Numbered from the stretch's first letter, positions 17,448-27,317 are shown. The stretch: DNA of 64,000 bases from an uncultured Chloroflexia bacterium (GCA_964592645.1 CAZQFV010000017.1:306-64305); one strand, 5' to 3'. Program-made: numbers and translations. The notes: generated by a model not told the origin, from the letters alone.

Positions 17448-18699
17448 CGGGCTCCGGCCAGGGCTCGCGCACCGCCAGGCCCAGCGCCTCTCGCACCTCG
17501 GCCACGACAAAGAACGACCCGCAGGCGCAGACCAGCCCTTCCGCCCCGGCCCAGGCGCGGGCCCGCCGCAGGGCCTGGGATACCTGGGGAACCACCTCGC
17601 AGGGGACGCCGCGGGCGGACCACAGCCGCGCCAGCAGCGCCGGGTCGACGGCGCGGTGGTGCCGGGCTTGGGATAGGATGGCCCCATCGCAGCGGGGGGC
17701 CAGAGCGGCGGCGATGCCCTCTAGGTCCTTGTCGGCGGAGCAGCCCAGGAGCAGGATGCGGGGGCGGGCGGTCCACTGATGGTCCAGGGCGGCGGCCAGC
17801 GCCGCGGCGGCGGCGGGGTTGTGGGCGGCGTCGACCAGGGTGAGCGGCCGGCCGGCGACGACCTCCAGGCGTCCCGGCCAGTGGACCTGGGCCAGCCCGC
17901 GGCGCAGCGCTTCACCGCCGATGTTCCAGCCCACCTGCTGCAGCGCCTGCGCGGCGGCCCAGGCCAGGCCGGCGTTGACCGCCTGGTGGAGGCCGGGGAG
18001 TCCCGGGATCGGCATATCGGCGGGGGAGCTCCAGCGCAGCACTGCGCCCACCGTGCGGCAGTGTTCGGCGATGACCGTTTGCGCGGCCGGCTCCTGCGGC
18101 GCGCTGATGGCAATCCCGCCGGGGGGGACGGCGCCGGCCTTTTCGGCGGCGATCGCCGGCAGGGTGGCGCCGAGGTAGGCCTGGTGGTCCAGGGCGATGG
18201 GGGTGAGCAGGGTCAGGAGGGGGGACAGGGCGTGGGTGGCGTCGCTGCGTCCGCCCATGCCGGCCTCGACGATGGCGATGTCCGTACCGCGTTGGGCAAA
18301 GTGGGCCATCGCCAGGGCGGTGAGGCCCTCGAAGAGGGTGGCGGGGCCCAGGTCGTCCCACTCCAGGCTTTTCAGCAGCAGGGGTTGGAGGGCGCGCAGG
18401 GCGGCCCGAAAGGCCATCCGGGAGATCGGCGCGCCGTCGACCTGGATGCGCTCCCGTGGGCTGTGCAGGTGCGGCGAGGTAAAGAGCCCGACCCGGTAGC
18501 CGGCGCACTGCAGCACGGAGGCCAACATCGCCGCCGTGGACCCTTTGCCCTTGGTGCCGATCACGCGGACGAGGGGCCGCTTTCGGTCGGGAGCCCCGAG
18601 CAGGTCGAGGAGCCGGCGGGCCCGGTGGGGGCTATCCTGGGGATGGCGCGGAAAGGCTTCTTTGCGCCGGGCATAGCGCTGCAGGTAGGCAGGTAGCAT
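17401..18699 (-). CDS. folC: Folylpolyglutamate synthase / dihydrofolate synthase
   Basis: VIGTKGKGSTAAMLASVL P-loop, SPHLHSPRERI, Mur-ligase-like C-terminus. The start is at MLPAYLQRY. The longer 823-aa ORF is an upstream read-through artefact. Confidence 0.85.
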   Translation of the reverse strand: MLPAYLQRYARRKEAFPRHPQDSPHRARRLLDLLGAPDRKRPLVRVIGTKGKGSTAAMLASVLQCAGYRVGLFTSPHLHSPRERIQVDGAPISRMAFRAALRALQPLLLKSLEWDDLGPATLFEGLTALAMAHFAQRGTDIAIVEAGMGGRSDATHALSPLLTLLTPIALDHQAYLGATLPAIAAEKAGAVPPGGIAISAPQEPAAQTVIAEHCRTVGAVLRWSSPADMPIPGLPGLHQAVNAGLAWAAAQALQQVGWNIGGEALRRGLAQVHWPGRLEVVAGRPLTLVDAAHNPAAAAALAAALDHQWTARPRILLLGCSADKDLEGIAAALAPRCDGAILSQARHHRAVDPALLARLWSARGVPCEVVPQVSQALRRARAWAGAEGLVCACGSFFVVAEVREALGLAVREPWPEPVTASPSPHPRSTPAR

Positions 18700-18710
18700 G
18701 GGGGCGCCCG

Positions 18711-19994
18711 CTAGAGCGGCTCCGTCGCGTACGCCCGCCGCCATTGCTCCAGGGCGCCGGCCGGCCCGCTCAAGGTGGCCCCGATCGGCCGGCCCTGGGC
18801 CAGCACATAGTAGGGCACGTTGTGGGCCGTCAGCTCTGCCTTGACGCCGGACAGGTCGTACCATCCGCCGAACGAGGCCCCGTCGACCAGGATGACGGTC
18901 GCGTAGATGCCGCTGTAGAGCAGGTCGCGCAGCCCGGTGCGCACCCATTCGGCGTCGGTGGAGGGCGTCAGGATGACCAGGCTGGTCTGCAGGCCGAAAC
19001 GGTTGGCCTCGGCTGCCAGGACCTGGGCCAGCGGCGTCCGGCCCTGGGCCCGCAGGACGGCCAGGCTTTCCAGGATATGGTAGAACTGCCGCGGCTCGCG
19101 CTCCGGCGGGATGACCTCGCGATACTGTCCGTAGGCCACCAGGCCGGTGTTGCGGCGCTGGTGCAGGACAAAGTAGTTGGCCAATGAGGCCGCGGCCGTG
19201 ACCAGGTACTCCTCGGTCGATTCGGGGGAACGCACCTCCCTTTCCGGATGCTCCTCGCTCTTGGCGCGGTCGGTGATGCTCTGGTGCACGCCGCGCTGCA
19301 TGTCCAGGACGAGCCACAGGTCGGCCGTGGGGTCCAGCTCGAACTCCTTGACGATCAGCCGCTGCTGGCGCGCCGTCGAGGGCCAATGGATGCGGTTGAA
19401 GCTGTCGCCCGGGGCGTATTCGCGGGCCCCGGCGACGTTGGGCGTGGTGTGGTGGGTGCGCCGGCGCGTGGAGGTGCCCCCCGGCAGCTCGGCGGCCGGC
19501 AGCGCAAAGTCGTGGATGTCCTCGGTCGCCGGATAGACCAGGATCTCGTCCGTGGTGGGCAGGCGCTTTTGGAAGTGAAAGAGGCTCAGGGGGTCGCTCG
19601 TGCGGATCAGGATCGGCCCCAGGTGATATTTGCCGCGCAATGGGCAGATGGTGCGCACGCGCGTGTGGCGCGAACCCTTCCCGGAGACGGGGGTGACGAA
19701 CCGCGGCTCGTGGTTGGGCATATCGGAGATGTCTTCCACCTCGACCCACAGTTTGGGCCAGATGCTGCTGTTGCGCACCAGCAGGTGTTCCTCCAGCGGC
19801 CGGCCCACCTGGGTGCGCGTGTTCAGCAGCTCCCGCACGGCGTCGATGCCGCGCAGGTTGATCCAGGCCCACAGGTACGAAGCGACGAGCGTGCCGGACA
19901 GGATATAGAACAGGTGAAAGAGCAGGGGGTGTCCCGTTCCCTGCGCGACGACAAAGACGGCCGCCGTCAGGAGAAAGAGCAGCGCCGCGCGCAT
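18711..19994 (-). CDS. DUF58 domain protein
   Basis: N-terminal TM helices and AREYAPGDSFNRIHWPSTARQQRLIVKEFE, the DUF58 core. Confidence 0.85.
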   Translation of the reverse strand: MRAALLFLLTAAVFVVAQGTGHPLLFHLFYILSGTLVASYLWAWINLRGIDAVRELLNTRTQVGRPLEEHLLVRNSSIWPKLWVEVEDISDMPNHEPRFVTPVSGKGSRHTRVRTICPLRGKYHLGPILIRTSDPLSLFHFQKRLPTTDEILVYPATEDIHDFALPAAELPGGTSTRRRTHHTTPNVAGAREYAPGDSFNRIHWPSTARQQRLIVKEFELDPTADLWLVLDMQRGVHQSITDRAKSEEHPEREVRSPESTEEYLVTAAASLANYFVLHQRRNTGLVAYGQYREVIPPEREPRQFYHILESLAVLRAQGRTPLAQVLAAEANRFGLQTSLVILTPSTDAEWVRTGLRDLLYSGIYATVILVDGASFGGWYDLSGVKAELTAHNVPYYVLAQGRPIGATLSGPAGALEQWRRAYATEPL

Positions 19995-19996
19995 CG

Positions 19997-21763
19997 TCAG
20001 TTGCCCCTTTCTATGGGCACGGTGATGATGACCGCCGTGCCCTTGCCGGGCGCCGAGCGGATCTCGGTGCGCCCGCCGACAAGTTGGGCGCGTTCATGCA
20101 TATTCAACAGCCCGAAGCTGCCCCGTTTCTCGTAGCTTGCCTTGACCTTCTCCAGGTCGAACCCCACGCCGTCGTCTTGTACGGACGCCACCAGGTCGCC
20201 GCCCTGCTGCGCCAGGCGCAGCCAGATGTTCTTGGCTTTGGCATGCTTGCGGGCGTTGTTGACCGCCTCCTGCATGATGGTGAACACTGTGGTCTCGGCC
20301 TTGGGGTCGAGGCGGCGGTTGAAGCTGCCCGTGTCGAGGTGGACGCGCGGCTCCTCGGTTTCGGGAAAGCGCTGGGCATACTGTTCCAGGGTGGGCACGA
20401 GCCCCTTGGTCTCCAGGATGATGGGGCGCAGCTCAAAGAGCATGGTGCGTACGTCCCAGGCCGTCTTGCGGGCCAAGTTCTGCAAAGAATCCAGCTCGGA
20501 GATCGCCTGGGTGGAGCGGCTCTCGGCCAGCAGCCGCTTGATGAACTCGACGTTCATGGCGATGGCGGCCAACGACTGTGCCGGGCCGTCGTGCAGGTCG
20601 CGGGAGAGCTCCTTGCGCACATTCTCCTCGGCGCTGATGATCTTGTCGCGTTCCTCGCGCAGGTCCTGGTACAGTTGGGCGTTCTGGATGGCGATCGTGG
20701 CGAAATGGGAGAGAGCCGTCAGTTGTGAGAGGTCGGTCTCGTCGTAGGCGTCCTCGTTCAGCGAGCCGATGACGATGACGCCATAGTTGCGCAGGCCCAC
20801 CCGCAGGGGCACGCACAGCCCGGAGCGGCACTTCTGCAAGGCCGTGACCTGCTGCAGCTCGGCGTCTCGCCCCAGGTGCTGGATGATGAGCGGGTCGGCC
20901 GTCGCCAGACAGGTGGAGAGTGCGCCGCCGACCAGGTTGATTTCCCGCTGTTGCTCGACGCGCTGCCCGTTCGAGGCCGCCAGGAAGAGCGACTCCGGGG
21001 AGGCAGAGAGCAGGACGACGCCGGTCGCAAAGTCCAGCAGGCGGCGGCAGCCTTGCAGCACCCCTTCCAGGACACGCTGGTAGCTCATGGTGACGCTCAA
21101 GGTGCGCGACATCTCGTAGAACACCTGGGCGCGCGCGCTGGCGGCGTTGTGCTGCTCCCGGAGCTGCTCGATGCGCTCTTCGTAGCGGTGGATGTCCTGC
21201 TTGGCCGGGAGGGCGATCTGCTCCGCCAGGAGGCCGCCGATCGTGCCGAGGGTCAGGATCATTCCGCCGAGGGCGGCGAGTTGGGGCGGGTCGAGCCCGG
21301 CAGTTTTGGCGAACACATCGCGCATCACCAAGAGGATATACCCGGCAAGGGCGGCCATATTGAGCCCCAACCCGGAGGAAAAGCCCAGTCGCACGCTGAT
21401 GGCTACGACGGGGATCAGGACGATGGGCAGCAGCGGGCTGGTGGCCCCGCCGCTCAGGAAGAGCACGCCCAGGACGAGCAGGATGTCCAGCGCCAGGGTC
21501 ACCTGGGGCCAGGCGGTCAGCAGCCACCGCCTCCACAGGAATAGGGTCTCGACCAAGATCAATGCGCCGTAGGCATACAGGGCGTAGCGGATCGGCAGGA
21601 TCTGTTGCGCCGGCAGCGGGGAAAGCCAGGTTTGGAGCAGAAGGGCGGCGGCCAGCAGACTGCGCATAGCCAGAAGGGTCCAATCGGCCCGTGTCGGGTG
21701 AAGCGGTTTTGCTTCGCCGGGACCGGGGGCTTCGGCCATCGCTCCTCGTGGTTGTTCATCCAT
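19997..21763 (-). CDS. Membrane sensor histidine kinase (TM region + GAF + HisKA_3 + HATPase)
   Basis: ELSRDLHDGPAQSLAA phospho-His box and NNARKHAKAK...DDGVGFD ATPase motifs. Hydrophobic N-terminus. Confidence 0.85.
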   Translation of the reverse strand: MDEQPRGAMAEAPGPGEAKPLHPTRADWTLLAMRSLLAAALLLQTWLSPLPAQQILPIRYALYAYGALILVETLFLWRRWLLTAWPQVTLALDILLVLGVLFLSGGATSPLLPIVLIPVVAISVRLGFSSGLGLNMAALAGYILLVMRDVFAKTAGLDPPQLAALGGMILTLGTIGGLLAEQIALPAKQDIHRYEERIEQLREQHNAASARAQVFYEMSRTLSVTMSYQRVLEGVLQGCRRLLDFATGVVLLSASPESLFLAASNGQRVEQQREINLVGGALSTCLATADPLIIQHLGRDAELQQVTALQKCRSGLCVPLRVGLRNYGVIVIGSLNEDAYDETDLSQLTALSHFATIAIQNAQLYQDLREERDKIISAEENVRKELSRDLHDGPAQSLAAIAMNVEFIKRLLAESRSTQAISELDSLQNLARKTAWDVRTMLFELRPIILETKGLVPTLEQYAQRFPETEEPRVHLDTGSFNRRLDPKAETTVFTIMQEAVNNARKHAKAKNIWLRLAQQGGDLVASVQDDGVGFDLEKVKASYEKRGSFGLLNMHERAQLVGGRTEIRSAPGKGTAVIITVPIERGN

Positions 21764-21820
21764 GCTTGGGCCTCCAGGCCAGGGCCGGCCGCGGACCTGC
21801 GGGCGGTTGCCTGGCGCGGA

Positions 21821-22498
21821 TTAGAGTTCTTCCCGGCTTCTGGGGTCGGCCGGCTGGTCCGGCGCATATCCCCAGTGCTGGATCAGGGCCTGCCGGATCG
21901 TGGCCACGGCGCCGGCCTGCTCTTGCCACTGCAGGGCGCGCTGCAGGGCATCGGCGCCGCCAAGGCGGTCCAGCAGGCGGCGGTGCATGGCGGCCTCGGC
22001 GCGGACCTGCCGGGTGATCTCGGCAATGTCCTCCATCCGCGCGCCCCAGGCCAGCAGCTTGGCCACGGCCCGGGCCAGCGGCAGCGCCGCCGGCGGCAGC
22101 AGCCCTTCGCTGGAGGCCAGCAGCCCCAGGCGCTCCATCTGGGCCACCTGTTCGGCAGTCAGGCCGGCCTCCTCGGCGAAGCGCGATCGAAAGAGCCCGC
22201 CCCCCTCTGCCCGGCTGCCGCCCTCGCCCGCGGGCGCGGGCGCCGGGGCGCCATAGGTGGAGGGCGCAAAGGGGGCGGGCGGCATCAGGCCCATTTCCAC
22301 CAGGCGCTGGCGGATGGCGGGAATGCCCAGGCGTTCCTTCTTCAGGTGCTGGATCAGCCGCAGGCGCTGCACATAGGATTCGTCGAACTCGCCATACTTG
22401 CCCCGCATGGTGGGCATGGGCAGCAGGCCTTGCTCGATGTAGAAGCGGACGGTCCGTACCGTCACCCCGCTCCGCGCCGCCAGTTCACCGATGCGCAT
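21821..22498 (-). CDS. MerR-family transcriptional regulator
   Basis: MRIGELAARSGVTVRTVRFYIEQGLL HTH. AGGAG lies upstream of ATG 22498. Confidence 0.85.
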   Translation of the reverse strand: MRIGELAARSGVTVRTVRFYIEQGLLPMPTMRGKYGEFDESYVQRLRLIQHLKKERLGIPAIRQRLVEMGLMPPAPFAPSTYGAPAPAPAGEGGSRAEGGGLFRSRFAEEAGLTAEQVAQMERLGLLASSEGLLPPAALPLARAVAKLLAWGARMEDIAEITRQVRAEAAMHRRLLDRLGGADALQRALQWQEQAGAVATIRQALIQHWGYAPDQPADPRSREEL

Positions 22499-23193
22499 AA
22501 GCCTTCTCCTTTGAGGGGAGGACCTCCCCATCCAGCAGGTGGACCTGGTGCGTGGCAATGGCCGTGAATCGGGAGTCGTGCGAGACCATGAGCACCATTT
22601 TCCCCCGTCTGTGCACTGCCGCGAGCAGGGAGATCGCCTGTTGCCCGGAGCTGCTGTCCAGGTTCCCGGTCGGCTCGTCGGCCGCGATGAGCAGCGGATC
22701 GTGCGCCAGGGCGCGGGCCAGGGCCACGCGCTGTTGCTCGCCTCCCGAGAGCTGGGCCGGCAGGTGGCCGGCCCGGGCCGCCATGCCGACTTCCTCCAGG
22801 GCGTTCAGCGCCCGCTTCCGGCGCTCTCCGGATGGCAGCGCCGGCCGCAGCTCCAGACAGTTGCACGTTCTCCAGCGCGGTCAGGGTCGGGAAGAGCTGA
22901 AAGAACTGAAAGACGATGCCCACGTATTGCCCGCGCCACCGCGCCGGGGCTTCCTCGTCCATCCGGTCCAGCCGCCAGCCGCCAACCCAGACCTCCCCGC
23001 TGCTGGGACGGTCGATGCCGGTCAGGATGTTCAGCAGGGTCGTCTTGCCGCTGCCGGAGGGGCCCACGATCGCCACAAAGGCCCCTTGCGGCAGGTCCAG
23101 GTCTACCTCGCGTAGCGCTATGCACGAGGCCCCGCCCTGGGAAAAGGCTTTGCTGGCCCCGCGCAGCGCGATCCAACCACGTTCACGTTCCAC
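22485..23193 (-). pseudogene. ABC transporter ATP-binding protein (LolD/MacB-type), frameshifted
   Basis: Walker [13 protein letters not shown] and ...TALENVQL lie in one frame (23193 to about 22860). [48 protein letters not shown]...[12 protein letters not shown] lies in another. The junction is at about 22851-22863. Confidence 0.7.
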
Positions 23194-23436
23194 GGCCGGC
23201 CCTCGCCCGGTCCAACTACCGTACCAGGGGCATTATAGCCGAAAGGCCGGCCGGCGTCAATAAGGTTTCCTCCGAAAACCTGCCATAGTTACCACAAAGC
23301 CGAAGGCGCCAAGGCCAGGAAGAATAGTAGGAGGGGTTTTCGGGGAGTGTTCGCCGGTTGCTCAGGCGCGCCCTATCATGTATAATAGGGGTGTGCCACT
23401 TTGCCGCCTGGCCAATTCACCAGAAGGAGAAACGGG

Positions 23437-24795
23437 ATGCGCTACTTGATCGTGGGCAACGGCGTCGCCGGCACCAAGGCCGCGGAGACCATCCGTAAGC
23501 GCGATGCGCAGGGAGAGATCGTCTTGCTGTCGGCGGAACCGGTGCCGTTCTACCGCCGGCCGGCGCTGGTGGATCACATGCTCGCCGGCGGCCCGCTGGA
23601 GGGGCTCCTGGGGCATGCGCGGTCCTTCTACGAGACCCACCGCATCGACCTGCGTTTGGAGACCGTCGCCGCGGGGCTGGACCCCCGGGCGCACCGGCTG
23701 ACCCTTGCCGGCGGCGAGACGCTGGAATATGACCGCCTGCTCCTGGCCGTGGGCGTCGACCTGCCGCCGGGTTGGCTGCCCGGGTCGGACCTGGCCGGCG
23801 TCTTCACGCTGCGCAGCCTGGCCGACGCGCGGCGGCTGCAGCAGGCCGTCAAGCGCTGCGGCCGGGCTGTTGTCCTGGGCGAGGGGGTCACCGGGCTGGA
23901 GATGCTCCGGGCCTTGCGCGCTTCCGGGCTAGAGGTTGTCTATCTCCTGGAGGGGGCGCGCTTCTGGGAGGCCGCACTCAGCCCCGCGGCCTCGGAGCTG
24001 GTCGAGCAGCGCTTGCGCAGCGTCGGGATCGACGTGCGGCCGGCCCAGGAGGTCGTGGCTTTCGAGGGCCACGGGGGGCGGGTGCGGGCGGTGTTGGTCA
24101 GGGGCGGCGGGCGCATTCCGGCCGACCTGGTGGGAGTTGCCGCGGGGTTTCTGCCCCCCGTGGATTGGGCGGTGGCGGCCGGGTTGGAAGCGCCGAAGCG
24201 TATCGCGGTGGACGACTTTTTGTCCACGAATCTGCCCGATGTCTATGCGGCCGGCGACGCGGTGCGCCTGGCCGACGAGGCGCGCTCCTTCGGCTGGCTG
24301 CGCGCCTGGCACCAGGGCGTGGTGGCCGGGGTCAACATGAGCGGCGGGCAGGCCCCCTTCCAGCGGCGCACCGTCTCGCTGTCCTCGCGGGCCTTTGGCC
24401 TGCCGATCCTGGTGCTGGGCGATACGAACCCGCGCGGCCGGCAGGTCCGCCGCCTCAGCGGCGACTTTCCCCAGGATGGCGTGCACAAGGAAATCGTCCT
24501 CGACGAGGCCGGCCGGATTATCGGCGCGCTGCTGGTCGGCGAGGTCAGCGAGGCTTCGGCGTTGGAGGCGCTGGTGCGCCGGCGCCTACCCTACGACCAG
24601 GTCGATGCCGAATTCAAGCGGCGGCTCTTCGACCTGCGCTACTGGGCGGCCGCGGGGGCCGAGGTCCTCTGCCCGGTGTGCAAGTTCCTGGTGCAGGTGG
24701 GCGAAGAGGAACTGCGCCAGCGACGGGTCACTTGCCCGATCTGCGGCGCCGAGTTCGTGCTGCGGCAGGCGGGGAACCGCATCGAGGTCGGTTAG
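23437..24795 (+). CDS. FAD/NAD(P)-dependent pyridine-nucleotide-disulfide-type oxidoreductase with a C-terminal zinc ribbon
   Basis: MRYLIVGNGVAGTKAAE dinucleotide fold, a second fold VVLGEGVTGLEM, YAAGDAV, and a C-terminal CPVC...CPICG. Confidence 0.8.
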   Translation: MRYLIVGNGVAGTKAAETIRKRDAQGEIVLLSAEPVPFYRRPALVDHMLAGGPLEGLLGHARSFYETHRIDLRLETVAAGLDPRAHRLTLAGGETLEYDRLLLAVGVDLPPGWLPGSDLAGVFTLRSLADARRLQQAVKRCGRAVVLGEGVTGLEMLRALRASGLEVVYLLEGARFWEAALSPAASELVEQRLRSVGIDVRPAQEVVAFEGHGGRVRAVLVRGGGRIPADLVGVAAGFLPPVDWAVAAGLEAPKRIAVDDFLSTNLPDVYAAGDAVRLADEARSFGWLRAWHQGVVAGVNMSGGQAPFQRRTVSLSSRAFGLPILVLGDTNPRGRQVRRLSGDFPQDGVHKEIVLDEAGRIIGALLVGEVSEASALEALVRRRLPYDQVDAEFKRRLFDLRYWAAAGAEVLCPVCKFLVQVGEEELRQRRVTCPICGAEFVLRQAGNRIEVG

Positions 24796-24809
24796 CAAGG
24801 AGTGACGCC

Positions 24810-25736
24810 TTGGCCGTGTGGGTCGTCGGCAACCTCTTGAGCGTCGCCAACCCGGATTTTGCCCACGCCCTGCAGGCGCGCAACCCGGCTATGGTGGAGG
24901 AGCTGGTGCTCCGGCAGGTCCAGGGCGGCGTGGGCGGGCTGTTGCTGGACCTGGGGCCGGAATCCGGCGGCCAGGCGGCGGCGTTGAACTGGCTGCTGCA
25001 GGTGGTCCAGGGCGCGGCCATGGTCCCCTTGGTCGTGCGCACCGCCGATGCCGGGGCGCTGTCGCAGCTTGCCGCGCGGGTGCGTTCCCCCTGGACGGTT
25101 GACCTGACGGCCTCCACGGTCCGGGATTGGCGGCCCTTCCTGGAGGTTGCCCGGGCGCATAGCGCGGCGATCATCCTGCCGGCGGCGCCGGGCGGGCAGC
25201 CGGCCGACGGCCCCGGCCGGGCCCGCTACGTGGCCCGGCAGTTGCTTCCATGGGCCCTGGAGGCCGGGATCGCCGCCGACAAGCTGTTCATCGACATCTG
25301 TCCGTCCTCCGTGGCCGGCGGCCAGGCCCAACTCCCGGCGGCGATCGCGATGATGCTGCTCCTGCGCCAGGCGCTGCAGCAGCCGCCGCGGCTGGTGGTG
25401 CACCTGGCCGATGTCTCTGCCGGGGCGGCCCCGTCCGTCCAACGCCCCCTCCAACGGGCCTACCTGGCCATGGTCCTTTTCGCGGGGGCGGCGGCGGTGG
25501 TGGTGGACCCGGTGGACGAGCCAACCCGGCGGTACTTGCGGCTGATCGAGCAGCGCGACGGCTCGACGCCCATGGGCCGGTTGCTGTTGCGGCTGGGGCA
25601 GGCGGTGCATGAGGGGCGCGGCCTGCGGCCGGACGAGGCCGACCCCCAGGACCCCGAACAGGCCGTCCTCTTTAGCGCGGTGAGTGTCCTGCGGGGGGAG
25701 GTGGCCTATTCCGAAGGCTATATCCTGGGCCGGTGA
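24810..25736 (+). CDS. Pterin-binding (DHPS/MeTr-like) domain protein, putative
   Basis: TTG 24810 lies 7 nt after AAGGAG. VVGNLLSVANP...QVQGGVGGLLLDLGP resembles the start of the pterin-binding barrel. Only the last third of track ORF 23772..25736 looks like coding sequence. Confidence 0.5.
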   Translation: MAVWVVGNLLSVANPDFAHALQARNPAMVEELVLRQVQGGVGGLLLDLGPESGGQAAALNWLLQVVQGAAMVPLVVRTADAGALSQLAARVRSPWTVDLTASTVRDWRPFLEVARAHSAAIILPAAPGGQPADGPGRARYVARQLLPWALEAGIAADKLFIDICPSSVAGGQAQLPAAIAMMLLLRQALQQPPRLVVHLADVSAGAAPSVQRPLQRAYLAMVLFAGAAAVVVDPVDEPTRRYLRLIEQRDGSTPMGRLLLRLGQAVHEGRGLRPDEADPQDPEQAVLFSAVSVLRGEVAYSEGYILGR

Positions 25737-25813
25737 TGGGCCGTGGAGGGTAGAGAGCGAGGAGCGGAGCTGGAAACTGGAAACAGAACTGGAGGCTGAA
25801 CTAGGAGGCAACT

Positions 25814-26341
25814 GTGAGCGAAGGAGCGACAACGTTGGTGGCAATCCTGACCCAGGCCATGCAGTTGGAGCGCGACGGCCACGCCTTTTACCTGGCCGCG
25901 GCCGAGCAGACGCGCTCGGAGGCCGGCCGCCGGATGTTCCTCAGCCTGGCCCGGGACGAGCTGCACCACCTGAGCATCCTGGACGGCGTCTACCGCAGGT
26001 GGCTCGGCCAGGGCGCCTGGCCCTCGCCCGCGGAGCTGTCCCTGGAGGGGCCGCGGCGTTGGCCCGTCTTCCCGCCGCCGGAGAAGGCGGCCGATGTCGT
26101 GCCGGCGCGCACCGGCGAGCTGGATGCCCTGCGCCAGGGCATCGCCGCCGAAGAGTCTTCCATCGCCCTCTATCGCCAGGGGCTGGAGGGCGCGACGGCT
26201 CCCGAGGCGCAGCAGCTCTACGGCTACCTGGTGGAGCAGGAGGAAGGCCATCGCACCATCCTCCAGGGGGAGTACGATCACCTGACGAACACCGGCTTCT
26301 GGTTCGATATCCCCGAGTTCAGCATGGAGGCGCCGGAATAG
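25814..26341 (+). CDS. Rubrerythrin/ferritin-like diiron domain protein
   Basis: Four E/ExxH-type helices: QLERDGHAFY, ARDELHHL, AAEESSIALY, EQEEGHRT. The GTG start lies 5 nt after AGGAGG. Confidence 0.75.
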   Translation: MSEGATTLVAILTQAMQLERDGHAFYLAAAEQTRSEAGRRMFLSLARDELHHLSILDGVYRRWLGQGAWPSPAELSLEGPRRWPVFPPPEKAADVVPARTGELDALRQGIAAEESSIALYRQGLEGATAPEAQQLYGYLVEQEEGHRTILQGEYDHLTNTGFWFDIPEFSMEAPE

Positions 26342-26343
26342 CT

Positions 26344-26862
26344 ATGGATGTGACCGTCTACACCACTCCCACCTGACCGCACTGCGTCACGGCGAAGAAG
26401 TTTCTTTCGCAGCGTGGGGTTGCGTTTCGCGAGGTGGATGTCAGTCGGGACCGGGACGCGGCGCTGGAGATGATCCGACGCTCGGGGCAGATGGGCGTGC
26501 CGGTGATCGCGGTGGACGACGAGGTGATAATCGGTTTCGACCGGGCGCGGCTGGAGGAGGTGTTGGCGCGCAAGCGCCGGCCGCGGCGCTCGCTGGGGGC
26601 CAAGGTGGCCGGCGCGCAGTCCATCGCCCGCCGGCACCACATCGTCCTGCCGCCGGGGGCTTATGTGGGCGGCGTGGCCGTGGGCTCGCCGGCCGATCGC
26701 GCCGGCCTGCGCGAGGGCGACGTGATCGTGGCCCTGGACGGCGTCCCGGTGCAGGGGGCCGCCGACTTGGAGCGGGCCCTGCAGTCCCTGGCGCCGGGGA
26801 AAGCCTGTGACATTGTCTGGTGGCGCAGTGGGCGCGAGATGCGCGGCCGGGTGGAGTTCTGA
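26344..26862 (+). CDS. Glutaredoxin-like (YruB/NrdH-type) + PDZ fusion; in-frame TGA (26374-26376) at the first Cys of the CxxC motif, a candidate selenocysteine
   Basis: MDVTVYTTPT-[TGA]-PHCVTAKKFLSQRGVAFREVDV...MGVPVIAVDDEVIIGF is a complete Grx fold if TGA is decoded. The downstream PDZ reads GSPADRAGLREGDVIVALDG. ATG, TGA and ORF 26434..26862 share one frame. Confidence 0.55.
26387..26417 (+). promoter_or_regulatory. Candidate bacterial SECIS hairpin
   Basis: UCACGGCGAAG / loop AAGUUUC / UUUCGC(AG)CGUGG gives 11 bp with a 2-nt bulge. It starts 10 nt after the UGA, and the apical loop contains GU. Confidence 0.4.
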
Positions 26863-26874
26863 GCGGAGGGAACG

Positions 26875-27246
26875 GTGATTACGGCAATCGACCTGCTGGC
26901 GCACTTGGAGTCCAAGATCGAGGCGACGCTCGCCGCCGGCGAGGGGATGACGGAGGGGCTGCGCGAGCTGGGCAGGATGGTCCGGGAAATTGCCGAGGCC
27001 GCGCTGGTGCGCGGCGACGACGTGACGTTGGGCGAGGCCCGCCGGCTGGCGGCCAGGCTGGGGCCTTTTTTTGCCGCCGCTCTCCCGCCCGGGAGGGCGG
27101 AGCCGGCGTCCGTGGCGCGGCGCCGGGTGCGGACGTGTCCCCGCTGCGGGCAGCGCTTCCGCCGGCCGGCCGGCCGGCTGGAGGGGATGGGGCTGCTGCT
27201 CTGCGAGGACTGCACGGCAGAGTTGCTGGCCGGGATTCGCCTGTAG
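26875..27246 (+). CDS. Hypothetical protein with a C-terminal CxxC...CxxC zinc-ribbon-like motif
   Basis: The GTG start lies 4 nt after GGAGGG. CPRCGQRF...LCEDC. No family recognised. Confidence 0.5.
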   Translation: MITAIDLLAHLESKIEATLAAGEGMTEGLRELGRMVREIAEAALVRGDDVTLGEARRLAARLGPFFAAALPPGRAEPASVARRRVRTCPRCGQRFRRPAGRLEGMGLLLCEDCTAELLAGIRL

Positions 27247-27317
27247 GGGTCTGCGCCTGCGCCGCCCGGATCGCCTGGGTCTGGACCACGGCGCTAGTTC
27301 CAGCGTGAGGGTCGAAC

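Noticed and set aside
18700-19872. Upstream extension of the folC ORF (823-aa version, 17401..19872)
   Set aside because: The extension overlaps the well-supported DUF58 gene in another frame and is Pro/Arg/Gly-rich. FolC homology begins at MLPAYLQRY (start 18699).
23772-24809. First two-thirds of ORF 23772..25736
   Set aside because: It overlaps the FAD-oxidoreductase gene out of frame with junk composition. Only the segment after the AAGGAG/TTG at 24810 looks like a real protein.
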